Source: a virus
Strand: one strand, 5' to 3'
IMG/VR virus record: IMGVR_UViG_3300047469_000054
Location: 2,916 to 66,915 of that record
Length of the DNA: 64,000 nt
Each line of letters starts with the position of its first letter. Position 1 is the stretch's first letter. The notes beneath the pieces were generated by a model, which worked only from the letters and a program-made list of their open reading frames with translations, was not told the DNA's origin and did not search any database. Below are positions 18,455 to 28,678 of this stretch, piece by piece. A program made the translations under genes and the position numbers.

Positions 18455-18969
18455 AAAAATGTTGCGCGCACTTCAGCGCTGACGGTAAGCGTCGGTTATT
18501 GCTCAATCGTTTTGATTGGGATATGCTCGATTCAGACAATGCGGTATCATTGCTTAGCTATGCTTTCTTTGGTGTTAACCCATCAACGGCTGGCAAGGAT
18601 GATGAAGACCATACGACAACCAAATGGTGGCAGTTCACTATCCGTAATGGCGGATATGCATATGGTGCCGCGAATGCATTCGATGCTATCTCGACTGACG
18701 TCAAGGCGCTGGCGACTATGGATAAGCCTAGCAGCGCAGAAAATGACGACTGGATTGACATGCTTATCGCTGATGCTGACGTGCTTGTGCCTTGTTGGGG
18801 ATCTAGACTTAAGTTGCCGCCGAAATTATGGCCACGCCTGGATTGGTTAAAGCATCGCATCCTGTCTAGCGGAAAGCCGGTTAAGGTTTTCGGTCTAACA
18901 AAAAGCGGCGACCCAAAGCACCCGCTTATGCTTGGCTACGATACGCCGTTTTTGGATTGGTGTGGATGA
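18451..18969 (+). CDS. DUF1643 family protein
   Basis: S.DG..R..L.R, G.NPSTA...ED.T, WG, GLTKSGDPKHPL motifs. Confidence 0.8.
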   Translation: MKKCCAHFSADGKRRLLLNRFDWDMLDSDNAVSLLSYAFFGVNPSTAGKDDEDHTTTKWWQFTIRNGGYAYGAANAFDAISTDVKALATMDKPSSAENDDWIDMLIADADVLVPCWGSRLKLPPKLWPRLDWLKHRILSSGKPVKVFGLTKSGDPKHPLMLGYDTPFLDWCG

Positions 18970-19313
18970 GCCGCCGTGAAACCATTCGCGAAAAAATACT
19001 AGCCAGATGCATAGTTGATCCCGTTACGGGTTGCTGGCTATGGCAAGGCCCTACAAGCGGCAAGAATGGCCGTGGAGCTGGTTATGGCAGGATGACGCTA
19101 GATGGGGCGACCGTAGCCGTGCATAAGGCTATGTGGACGAATGAGCATGGCTTAATCCCGCCACGCAAAGAGCTTGACCATGTATGCCGTAATAGACTGT
19201 GTTGCAATCCAGACAATGATAAGCATGTCGAGATGGTAACGCGACTTGAGAACGCTAGGCGCAGGGATGCTGCGATTGCAGCTGAGAAGATCGATATAGT
19301 TGATACGTTTTAA
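18966..19313 (+). CDS. HNH endonuclease
   Basis: GCWLWQG...GYG...VH...LDHVCRNRLCCNP..H.E.VT..EN. Confidence 0.8.
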   Translation: MSRRETIREKILARCIVDPVTGCWLWQGPTSGKNGRGAGYGRMTLDGATVAVHKAMWTNEHGLIPPRKELDHVCRNRLCCNPDNDKHVEMVTRLENARRRDAAIAAEKIDIVDTF

Positions 19314-19704
19314 GGAGAATAAAATGCCCAAGGTAAAGATAACGGCAGCTATGGGTTTCTTTGATAAGTACCGCGTGCGCGTTGGCCGAAAGCGCGTTGG
19401 CTGGATTGTTCCGTCACGCGGTTTTCTTCGCGACATGGGCTCTTATCATTTCCATGACGTGAATGGCGAGAAATTTTGCTTTGGATCATTTGCGGATGTT
19501 CGTGATGCTATTATTGCTCACTTTAAGGATGGAGATCATAATGCTAGCAACCTGGACTAAGATCCTGCCGTTTTTCATTGTGGCTTGGCTGGCTAAGCGA
19601 AAATGTGAAGTATTCCATATTACGGAAGAAATAGGAAGTGATTATGTGTATCCGTATAATGGAATTTATATTAGAATGGACAAGACGTGGAGGCGTGGGC
19701 TATA

Positions 19705-20205
19705 ATGGCAACATGGGAAAATTCAGTTGGCGCTACAGACGAATGGTATACACCCAAATATATCTTTGATGCACTTGGGTGTAAATTTGATGTTGACGTG
19801 GCGGCTCCAATTGATAGAGCGTGCACATACGTTCCAGCTGATGAATTCATTTCGTCCGATAGCCTGGAAAATAAATGGGCTGGATTTATTTGGATGAACC
19901 CGCCATTTGGCGGAAGAAATGGATTGGTGCCATGGCTTAATAAGTTCTTTGATCACGGTCATGGCATCGCCCTAACTCCAGATAGAACTAGCGCACCATG
20001 GTTTCGTGATGCATTCAAACGCTGCGATGCTGTAATGTTCATCCCAAAGGTCAGATTTATTAAGCCAGATGGATCATTGGGCAAGTCGCCAAATTGCGGG
20101 ACTGCAATATGGGCGGCTGGCGACCGCGCCGTTGATGCGCTTGTGAGGGCGCGGGGAAATAAACTAGATTGCATTATTGCAACTAAGCATTGGAGCATGG
20201 ATTAA
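19705..20205 (+). CDS. Phage DNA N6-adenine methyltransferase (Dam-like)
   Basis: DEWYTP...FDVD.A...WMNPPF...W..K...RT...WF. Confidence 0.8.
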   Translation: MATWENSVGATDEWYTPKYIFDALGCKFDVDVAAPIDRACTYVPADEFISSDSLENKWAGFIWMNPPFGGRNGLVPWLNKFFDHGHGIALTPDRTSAPWFRDAFKRCDAVMFIPKVRFIKPDGSLGKSPNCGTAIWAAGDRAVDALVRARGNKLDCIIATKHWSMD

Positions 20206-20738
20206 TGGCAAAACGTTCCGACTTCAAGCGCCTGGAAAAGGACGCATATCAAACGATCGACCCACGCGCTATCCCGCCGCTATTGCCGCACATTCTTAGC
20301 GTCAAGCGCTATGCTGAGCCGTGTGCAGGTGAGGGCAAGCTGATTGATATGTTGGCGCAGCAAGCGCCTTGGCTTAAACTTGGGTATTATAATGACATCG
20401 GCTATCTGGATGGCGAAGATGCTATTGATGGCAATATTCTGGAGGCGAGCCGTGGGCAGTATGATGCAATCATCACGAATCCCCCATGGGGCAGAAAGCT
20501 ATTGCATCCAATGATTAGACGGTTCATGTCGATTGCGCCAACTTGGCTCTTATTCGATGCAGATTGGGCACACACAAAGCAAGCGCGTCCTCTACTTCCG
20601 CATTGCGTCAAGATTGTTTCTATCGGTCGGCTAAGGTGGATTCCCGACACCAAAATGAGCGGAAAAGATAACTGCGCATTCTATTATTTCCGCCAAGATC
20701 ACGACGGCGGCCCACGATTCTATAATGAGGATCGATAG
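20205..20738 (+). CDS. DNA amino-methyltransferase
   Basis: D.Y.T, EPCAGEG (SAM motif I), IITNPPW (motif IV), GRLRW. Confidence 0.8.
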   Translation: MAKRSDFKRLEKDAYQTIDPRAIPPLLPHILSVKRYAEPCAGEGKLIDMLAQQAPWLKLGYYNDIGYLDGEDAIDGNILEASRGQYDAIITNPPWGRKLLHPMIRRFMSIAPTWLLFDADWAHTKQARPLLPHCVKIVSIGRLRWIPDTKMSGKDNCAFYYFRQDHDGGPRFYNEDR

Positions 20739-21008
20739 TATGGGTGACATCATCCACGCAAACAGCAAGTTCCCCAATCATCGCAGCGAACACACTATTC
20801 TAGGCGATCGCGTCTGGAGAGCCGTACGGGCAGTCAGAGATGATAATGGCGGGACGTTTACGGGTCTCATGGCGCATGTTATCGAGCATCGCGTTTTCGA
20901 GCTTGACAAGAGCTTGCGGAATCATAATGATGGACCATTCGTTATTTCCGCAATGATCCGCGCTAGGGCTAATACGCTCATGCTGGAGGCAAAACAAGGA
21001 GTCGAGAC

Positions 21009-21488
21009 TTGATCAAGATTGCACTAGCCGCCCTACTGATGACAGCAACGACTGCATGCGCCGCCGATGTCAAGCGCTATACGATCAAGGATGATGCAGG
21101 CGGCTTCGTTAGGAGCTATCAGGATGCAATCAAGTACATGGGCGACAACCACATGGCGTTGCGCCTGGACGGCAAGTGCGCGTCTGCATGCACGCTGATT
21201 TTGTCGACGGTTGCCAATCTCGATATCTGCGTTACGCCAAATGCTATTTTCCGATTCCATCAAGCTTATATATCGACGCCAATGGGACCTGAATATACTG
21301 TAGAGGCGATCGTGTCAGGCGAGAAGGCTTGGCGCGAGCAGATGCTAGCCGTGTACCCTAAGTGGGTTGGCGCGTTGATTGATAAGGCGGGCGGCGTACC
21401 TAGCGTGTACACGACGGGCAAGACGGATGTGTTTCTTGAGATGCATTTTGATGTGTTGTCGGAATATATGAAGGTTTGTGCGAATTAG
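21009..21488 (+). CDS. Exported (lipo)protein with ClpP/crotonase-like protease motif
   Basis: Signal peptide ending TTA-C; D.GG, DG.CASACT, FHQA. Confidence 0.55.
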   Translation: MIKIALAALLMTATTACAADVKRYTIKDDAGGFVRSYQDAIKYMGDNHMALRLDGKCASACTLILSTVANLDICVTPNAIFRFHQAYISTPMGPEYTVEAIVSGEKAWREQMLAVYPKWVGALIDKAGGVPSVYTTGKTDVFLEMHFDVLSEYMKVCAN

Positions 21489-21491
21489 TGC

Positions 21492-21520
21492 TTGACGCCA
21501 TGGGCTGATGGCACTATAAC
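21492..21520 (+). promoter_or_regulatory. sigma70-type promoter
   Basis: TTGACG-17 bp-TATAAC. Confidence 0.7.
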
Positions 21521-21553
21521 TTCCATATCGAAACGCCATCAAGGAGTAGACCA

Positions 21554-22255
21554 ATGGCAACGAAAAAAGAAGAGCGTGCAGCACGTATTCTTGAGGATCG
21601 GAAAGCAGCATACGCTAAGAAGGTTCGCAATCTTGTCGGCTTTATGTTCGGTCGCATTAAAGGCGTATCAGCCGCCTTTGACAAAGGCATTTCAGCCGAT
21701 GAATTCGCGGCTCAGATCGCCTCTAAGTCAATCGTTGGCGCGGTTATCCATCCGCTGAAGATGGATGCTGTTCGCCGCGCGCGTGATCAAGCTGAGGAAG
21801 TCATAGCCAGAGTTAAGGCTGATATTGAAGCCCACGCCATGGACCGCAATGCAGCCGCGCCCTATCCTCCATTCAATATGAACAGCCGTCATCCTGATTA
21901 CGTTAACATGAAGACGAAACACGATCTCTACTATCGCCTGACCGAAAACAAGACGGGCACGTATCGCGAAGGGCAACCAGACATTTGCACAATGAGCAAA
22001 TATGGTTGTGATCGCATGATTGCTGAGGCTGAAGCAATGGCGGCGCAGCAATATGATGCGTTCATCTGCAAGATGGTTTCCAAGGTTGGCGATGTTGTTA
22101 GCGCTGATATCGAAGGCTCTCACATTTGGGGTCATTCGTTCCTGACGGTCGTTACCGCCGATGGCGCTAAGCAGGTTTGGAAGACGCAACAGATCGTCAA
22201 TACGTCTAGTCTCGGTCTCGACTTCAATCAGTGGCCGTCTAGGATCGTAAAATAA
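21554..22255 (+). CDS. Early hypothetical protein
   Basis: AAGGAG RBS; C-terminal QQIVN.S.LG..FNQWP.R motif recalled from phage proteins. Confidence 0.65.
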   Translation: MATKKEERAARILEDRKAAYAKKVRNLVGFMFGRIKGVSAAFDKGISADEFAAQIASKSIVGAVIHPLKMDAVRRARDQAEEVIARVKADIEAHAMDRNAAAPYPPFNMNSRHPDYVNMKTKHDLYYRLTENKTGTYREGQPDICTMSKYGCDRMIAEAEAMAAQQYDAFICKMVSKVGDVVSADIEGSHIWGHSFLTVVTADGAKQVWKTQQIVNTSSLGLDFNQWPSRIVK

Positions 22256-22277
22256 TTAAAGTAGGCCTATTTTTTCT

Positions 22278-22306
22278 TTGACATCAACGAAGAATCGGCC
22301 TATAAC
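22278..22306 (+). promoter_or_regulatory. Near-consensus sigma70 promoter driving the 22.3-kb RNA
   Basis: TTGACA-17 bp-TATAAC with a T-rich upstream tract. Confidence 0.75.
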
Positions 22307-22312
22307 AGACAC

Positions 22313-22790
22313 ATAGCCCAAGGCGCAGGGCTTTAGCAAAGATAGCGACCACTACTAGGATCTTTGCTCAACTTGATTACGCGGGAGGTTGTTATGTAGT
22401 GCGGTCACGCGGAAGCGATAGCATGCCAGTTATTTAGATGTTGTGGATTTGGTATTTGACGAATTCGGCCCAATGTGGCCGCTCCCAAGAGGATAATTGA
22501 TCATGATGGCGAGACGCCTAGCTATAGATAAGTCCGTACCGCAGCGCGGGGCGCGCTGAAAGGAATATCCTGGATCATTAAAGGGCTAAGCCCATTGTCA
22601 TCTCGCCCGTAACGGGTAGACTAGATGAATTTATTATCTGGCTGTATGACTTGCTAAAGCCCATAAGGCGCACGACGCGGGGATAGGCATTTTCACAGCA
22701 AAGCAACCGCTTGATTGCTCACGATCCAGCCCCTAAGCTAGCAGCGCAAGAACCAGAGCTTCGCTATAATGATACGGGCTGCGATCAATG
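22313..22790 (+). ncRNA. Candidate large structured ncRNA (~470 nt)
   Basis: ORF-free; follows a promoter; 12-bp long-range helix 22328-22339/22651-22662; 5'/3' pairing 22314-22319/22776-22781; many nested hairpins. Confidence 0.6.
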
Positions 22791-22821
22791 AACAATCGGT
22801 ATCCATAAAGGAGATAGTAAT

Positions 22822-23891
22822 ATGGAAACAATCGACATTACGCCAACGTGGCGCGACGTAGCAAGAATCATTGCTGCCGTTCTTGAAAATGGCACTGAGG
22901 CTGGTAAGCTGGCAGCTTGGGAGCAGCTAAATTCCATGGCTATGGCTGCCGATGATCGCAATGCTGCCACTCAACAAGCTTGGCGTCTTGCTGTTGTTGG
23001 TGAGAGGCTTGGCGACGCACTGAAGCCATTTGCGGACCTTGGCAACATCTGGCTTCCCGAAAGTGAGGATGATGATAGCGCCTTTGTGCGCGCCGATGAT
23101 ACGGCGGCAACCGGTGTAACCGTTGGCGACCTTCGCAACGCGGCGCGCGTATACAAGGATATCGCCAATGGCAAAGATTGAAAAGACGCGAGCCAACAAG
23201 CCACTGGCACATGGAGGCGCATTCTTCGCCCGCAACGACGATGGCACGCTGTCAATCGGCATGTCGTATATTGCTGTTAATGGGCTGCCGACATCATACA
23301 CGCTTACGCTTGATGCAGACGAGAGCGAACATGCGCGAGATTTCGTCAATCGCCCAAGCTCAAACGATGGGCGGGAGAAGATTCGGTTATGCAAGCATAA
23401 TGATGATGATCATTGGGAAGTCTGCGCCAATAGTCATCAAAATCCTGATGAGTTCATCTACCGGACAATCTGGCTATGAGCACACGCGAAGACTTCTTAC
23501 GGTCGGCAAGTGAAGCTAGCGCCATCGTAGTATGCGATGATGGCGCTCTTATTGACGAACAGAAAATTACCAATTCATGCTATCTTGTTAAAAGTGGCAT
23601 CGCATATATGACGGCTACTCTTGCGGCTGAAGTCCAAACCGGCTTGATGGCGCGCCGTGCGCGGGTATATCAGCCATGATCAAGCTCGAGCATAGCGTAG
23701 GCGAATGGCTTGCCCTGGTGGAGATTATTGGTGATGAAGCAGAGCGTTTCGTCTACGGCAAGAAGCACCTCTTCGGCATGCGACGGCATAGAGGCGTCAT
23801 TCGATTCGTTATCGAGGATCATCGCGTGCAAGGACTAATGGAGTTTGCCGCTAAGCGTGGCGTTGACGTTGTGATTGCTGTAGACATATAG
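22822..23891 (+). CDS. Four coupled small hypothetical proteins (22822-23181, ~23168-23479, 23476-23679, 23676-23891)
   Basis: AAGGAG RBS at the first gene; ATGA overlaps. Confidence 0.55.
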
Positions 23892-23895
23892 AACA

Positions 23896-24061
23896 TTGCC
23901 GATGCGCTGGAATACTGTTACCCAGGGCGGCAAGACTGAATACGCAGATCGACATAGGGCATTAGCTCTAGCGTATAGCCATCGTGAAAGCGATAACTTG
24001 CTTATGGCTGTTGCCATTCTGGTTTGGCGTTGTCGAGGATGACTTATAGCGATACCAGTCT
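23896..24061 (+). ncRNA. Candidate structured RNA (multibranch, GAAA tetraloop)
   Basis: Nested stems AGACTG/CAGTCT and TCGACA/TGTCGA enclosing three hairpins; no credible ORF. Confidence 0.5.
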
Positions 24062-24104
24062 GACGGCCTTATCAACCGCTTAGCTGCTACTTCAATACCC
24101 AATG

Positions 24105-24143
24105 AAACGCTCGTAAGGCTGATGACCTTGCGGGCGTTTTTTC
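24105..24143 (+). terminator. Rho-independent terminator
   Basis: AAACGCTCGTAAGG-ctgatga-CCTTGCGGGCGTTT followed by TTT. Confidence 0.75.
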
Positions 24144-24145
24144 TG

Positions 24146-24174
24146 TTGACGATCGTTGTTTCATGCGCTACACA
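24146..24174 (+). promoter_or_regulatory. sigma70-type promoter
   Basis: TTGACG-17 bp-TACACA. Confidence 0.6.
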
Positions 24175-24208
24175 TGATGCATAACGCTGTTAGCAAGAGG
24201 ATATAGCG

Positions 24209-25450
24209 ATGACTGCCATTACCGCGCCCGCTGAGAAGAATCTTAGCAAGAAGGATATGCCTATCCATCTGGTGTACGCGCTGGTTGATAGCCGCGAGCC
24301 TGATCATGTGCGGTATGTGGGGAAGACGAACACAGAAAATAGCATGGCTAGACGCCTTAGAGATCATGTTAGAGATGTAAAACAAAATCCTAAATATAAA
24401 AAATCAAGATGGATTTCAGGCGTAATTAACGCAGGATATGCCGTTGAATCTATAATTCTGGTAGAATCTCTTACAGAAAAAGAGGCTATGTCTCTTGAGA
24501 TTGACCTAATAAAGTACTTCGGTGAGGGATTTCACGAATTAACAAATACGACTATTGGCGGAGAAGGGGTTATAAGGATAGAAGGAACTACAGAAAAAGA
24601 TACTATCATTCATGACTTTTATCACATTGAATCTGGAGATATATCTAGATGCACAATAGGCTCAATGATGCTTAAATACGGCAAATCTTCCAATTGGTTT
24701 TCCGTACCGACGGGGAGATGTTTGCAATATAAGGGCTGGACAAACAAAGAAAATTTCATAATTATTTCAGAAAAAAAGAAGATTGAATCTAATATATACA
24801 CATTTGTTAATAACCATGGATATATTTTTGTCGGAAACAGAAAACATATATCTCAAAAAATAAAAAAATCCACAAAATTTGTTGATGGCCTAGTTCGTGG
24901 TGATGTTCATTGCAATACTGCATTCTTCATTGGTGATGGTGATGTTTCATCTTCTGTAGATGTATCTTTATTAAGTTCGTTATCTATAAAAAATGGATTT
25001 TCTGGCGTCAAGAAAAAAAGGAATTCTTATGTATCCGGCGTAACCATTGATGGTTCATATCATTACATCGGCACATATAAGAATGAAGTTTCCGCAGCGG
25101 CGGCTTATGATTTATTTATGATTGATACAGGCCGAATTTTCGTTAGGAATCTTCCGTGTGGTCATCGTGCATACGGCAATATAGATTGTAACATTTTAAA
25201 TATTTCTTCTCCAAAGAATGGCTCAATTTCATCATTATCTAAGTCTGGATATAGAGGAGTAAGAATTCGTTCTGAAAAAAAACCATATGCAAGAATAAAG
25301 ATAGATAAAAATGATATAAACCTAGGCACATTCCCCACGCCAGAACTAGCCGCGCAAGCCTACGACGACGCAGCATTCGCCAAGTGGGGTTTCGACTGCT
25401 ACCTAAACTTCCCCGAACGTTTCGAACATCTCCGCAACCAAGCCGCATAA
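24209..25450 (+). CDS. GIY-YIG homing endonuclease with two AP2 DNA-binding domains
   Basis: VYAL.D.R....RYVGKT...RL..H, E..LI, LTN.T.GGEG; two AP2 repeats (FSGV...Y.G.Y..E..AA.AYD; SGYRGV...LG.F.T.E.AA.AYD..A); AT-rich core. Confidence 0.8.
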   Translation: MTAITAPAEKNLSKKDMPIHLVYALVDSREPDHVRYVGKTNTENSMARRLRDHVRDVKQNPKYKKSRWISGVINAGYAVESIILVESLTEKEAMSLEIDLIKYFGEGFHELTNTTIGGEGVIRIEGTTEKDTIIHDFYHIESGDISRCTIGSMMLKYGKSSNWFSVPTGRCLQYKGWTNKENFIIISEKKKIESNIYTFVNNHGYIFVGNRKHISQKIKKSTKFVDGLVRGDVHCNTAFFIGDGDVSSSVDVSLLSSLSIKNGFSGVKKKRNSYVSGVTIDGSYHYIGTYKNEVSAAAAYDLFMIDTGRIFVRNLPCGHRAYGNIDCNILNISSPKNGSISSLSKSGYRGVRIRSEKKPYARIKIDKNDINLGTFPTPELAAQAYDDAAFAKWGFDCYLNFPERFEHLRNQAA

Positions 25451-25461
25451 GGAGCGCAACC

Positions 25462-28400
25462 ATGATCAAGGCCACAACGCCTAACGCCAACGACGTTTAT
25501 ATCAAGGCTGGCAATATCAGCATCAAGGCTAAGCGCGTGGTGCGCGTAGAGCCGCAGTCCGTGGGTAAATTTTATATTAAGTCTGGGGCCGGAAGCTCCA
25601 TCATGATCGGAGTCGTTCCGTCTGGCGCTGTCGTTCCTGTCGAGTACGTGCAATTATCTTCGGCGCAGTGCGAAGACATGCGGGACGTATTCGCGGCGCT
25701 TGCCGATACCTTGAGGACGTAAGCTATGTTCATCATCCTCCACATCCTCGCGCTGCTATTCTTCCCGCTAGCGCTTTTCGTTACGATCCCGATGCATATA
25801 ATTTCTGCCAACGCCGCTCGACGTGAAAAGATTATGCTTGACTACATGCGGCACAATGCTATGGTTGGTCAACGCAACAAGGATTAACGAAAATGACCCA
25901 TGATGTATCGATGTTGGTTGGATTTCTGGCGTGTGTCGCTATTTTCGCGGCATTCGCAATGGCGCACAAGGATGGCCAGTGATGAGGTTCGAAAAATATA
26001 TACAAATTGTAGGCCGTGGGCTGCGCAATAGGATTGAGCCGCCAATTATTGATGATGGCTGGTGGTCGCGCGTGGCGATGAGTCAGAAGCCATGCTTCAC
26101 GATCGCCGGAACTGAGGTTTATCAATCGTATGACGGCGGCAACATCCGTCGTGGCAGTTTTTACGTTCGCCTTAAGTCTGGCGCTATCGTAGCTGAAAAT
26201 TCAACATATAACGGCGCTGTTGCTTATGCACGTTGGGCCTCTTGCAAGGAGAACGAAGATGAAGCTTGAAGCTGGTAAGCGTTATGTCATGGCTGATGGT
26301 AGCGTGACGGAGAATTTGCGAACTACTCCAGCCTCATATGGTGCCGCTGTAGCATTTGTTGATGACTACACATTTGCTAAATGTGGTGGTTATCAGGTGT
26401 GGAATGAAGATGGCAGCGTCTTCGATATACAACCAGGAGAGTACCAAATGCATATCGTCAAGGAGTTTTCTACGGCTCCAGAAAAACAAGGTGCTTGCCT
26501 TGGCGATATCTTGAGTGTGGCAACGAATGAGGCAACAGAAGCGCGCGCGATGATCACCGATGTCATTGCGCAAAAGAAGATCAATAAGGGGGTATACGGC
26601 GTAGTAAACGTTATTGATGTTAACAATGCTATCATTAAATTGAAATTTGTTGGCATGCATGGATATGGATGGCTAACGGTAGACGATATACGCGATGCCG
26701 CATCAACACTAACGAAACTTGCCGATGCTCTAGATTTCAACAATGGCAACCTCAATGCTTAACGATTCTCAAACAGCGTATCATCTCGCAACCTGCCATC
26801 TTGAGCGTCGCAACCGCTTCGCGTCAAAAGCCGTTCGCGATACACTGCCGCCGCCCGTCGTCAAGCGTATCGTTGTGACCGCTCCAGCGGGATACGGCAA
26901 GCGCGATGCAGACATGGCGCCGTCTATCGTAGCAGAACGTAACGCCGCCTGGAGGGCGCTATATGACGCCGGAATGACACTTGAAGATATTGCGCTTGAC
27001 TATGGCGTATCAACGCCTAGAGTTACGCGCGTTAAGGCCGCCAATGGATGGCCGGAACGCAGACGGCATAAGGGAGTGTGGATCTATGATTAAGCATAAG
27101 GAAGAGCTAATTGTGCAATACCTTTACGGCCAGTCAGCGACTCTTATAGTTGGTGATCGTGCTTATGCAGTTGGTCCTATTAAGGTAACAAGAGGCAAGG
27201 AAGCCGTAACGAACGCCGTAGATCCAGGTTGCGATCCATGGCCTATGTCTGAGTTAAGCACTGGCATGATAGAGCGCAGCGGCCTGATTGAAATGACATG
27301 GGAAGCCGAAGACATCGTGCGCGAGTGGTGCGAATCCATTGTAGAAATGCAGAAGCGGGACTTCATTGCTACCGTAGAGGCTGCGTCAATTCAGGCTTAT
27401 GGGTATGTTGACGAGGATATCATGATGTACGCTCGCCAAGCCATTGCTGATAAGGTGGCGGTTGAAGGTCTTCGCGTTGCCGTTAACGACATCAATGACG
27501 CTATGCGCGTATATGCTGATCAGCGCGTTTGCGACGGTCGCACATACTGGAGCATGAATCGCAAAGCGCGGCGCGCTGGTGGACGCCATACCGACCGCAC
27601 GCCTGGGCATGTATCAAAATATGAAGTGAGGAAACGCTGATGTCATGGGAACGTACGGCTTATGTTGGTCAGCATGTCGTGTGCATCGATAATAGTGGGC
27701 CTCTAGAAAGCCTTAAAGGAGAGATTGCACCAACTATTGGAATCGTATATACGATCAGACGGATAGAGTATGTCGAATCTTGGGATAAGACTGGCATATT
27801 GTTGGCGGAAATTATCAATCCAAGGTTTGATACATCCATTGGATTAATGGAGCGATTAATGCCATCTGAATGGTTTCGCCCCGTTGATGAGACCAAGCTT
27901 GATGTATTCAGAACATTGCTTAAGCCGGTTGATGAAGAGACTAAACGCAAGATTCTGGAGGATGCATGACCAATTACCCGGATAGATATGTGATCACTGG
28001 AATCGTAAAGGATGGCCAGCATAAAAATGAACGCGTCTATCTATATTGGACGGAAGAGGGCGGAGGCTGGTGGCAATGGGGTCCAGATGGATGGGCGTAT
28101 CGTTTCGAAAATAAGTCTGGCGCCAGATTTGAAGACGCCATGCGGTGTGCAAAGAAAGGCGTTGGCCCATATTACTATTCAGTACACCCTGAATCTGTCG
28201 AGGTTTATGCTACGCCAGCAATCGTCACGGTTCGTTAGGAGCAATCATGACCGACGCAGAAACATTAGCGCTCGTTAACGCGTGCTCATATAAGCCTGGG
28301 TGGAGCATTTATGTAGCGTATGAGCCAAGCATTGCATTCAACGGTCGCGTTGCCGCACAAGGACGCGCATACATTCAACTATCCATCAGCATCGAAAGCG

Positions 28401-28678
28401 ACGCAAGCCTAGACAGCGCTAAGCGTGACGGTACGCGCACACCATGGAAAAGCGGCAAACGCTATCTTTCGCCTCACATGTGCCGACAAGAGGTTGTTGG
28501 CGCTGTGTTCGGCCTGATTAAGGATGCCGAAATGCATGAGGCGCATGAATGGTTTCGGTATAATGGATCTTCTATATTCAATCCGCACCTTGACCCTGAC
28601 GCGCTAGCCGTGGTTGCAAGCAAGAAGGCGAGCTTTAATATTCGCGATAACGCTATGACGATGGAGGAAAGCCAATGA
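25462..28678 (+). CDS. Run of small early hypothetical proteins (25462-25722, 25981-26269, 26259-26762, 26743-27093 HTH-like, 27086-27640, 27640-27969, 27966-28238, 28247-28678)
   Basis: GGAG-type RBSs, stop/start overlaps; promoter TTGACT-16-TATGGT at 25838. Confidence 0.55.

Noticed and set aside
22490-22790. Resemblance of the 22.3-kb RNA to RNase P RNA (AAGTCCG pairing with CGGGCT, CTAGATGAAT, ACAGCAAAGCAACCGC) or to group I intron R/S elements
   Set aside because: GAGGAAAGUCC and ACAGAA-CCGGCUUA are not properly present, the look-alike motifs are out of order, the P4-like helix lacks the bulged U, and there are no flanking exons; kept only as an unassigned RNA
24104-24126. Hammerhead-like GAAAC...CTGATGA
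   Set aside because: No stem I or II can form; CTGATGA is simply the loop of the terminator hairpin
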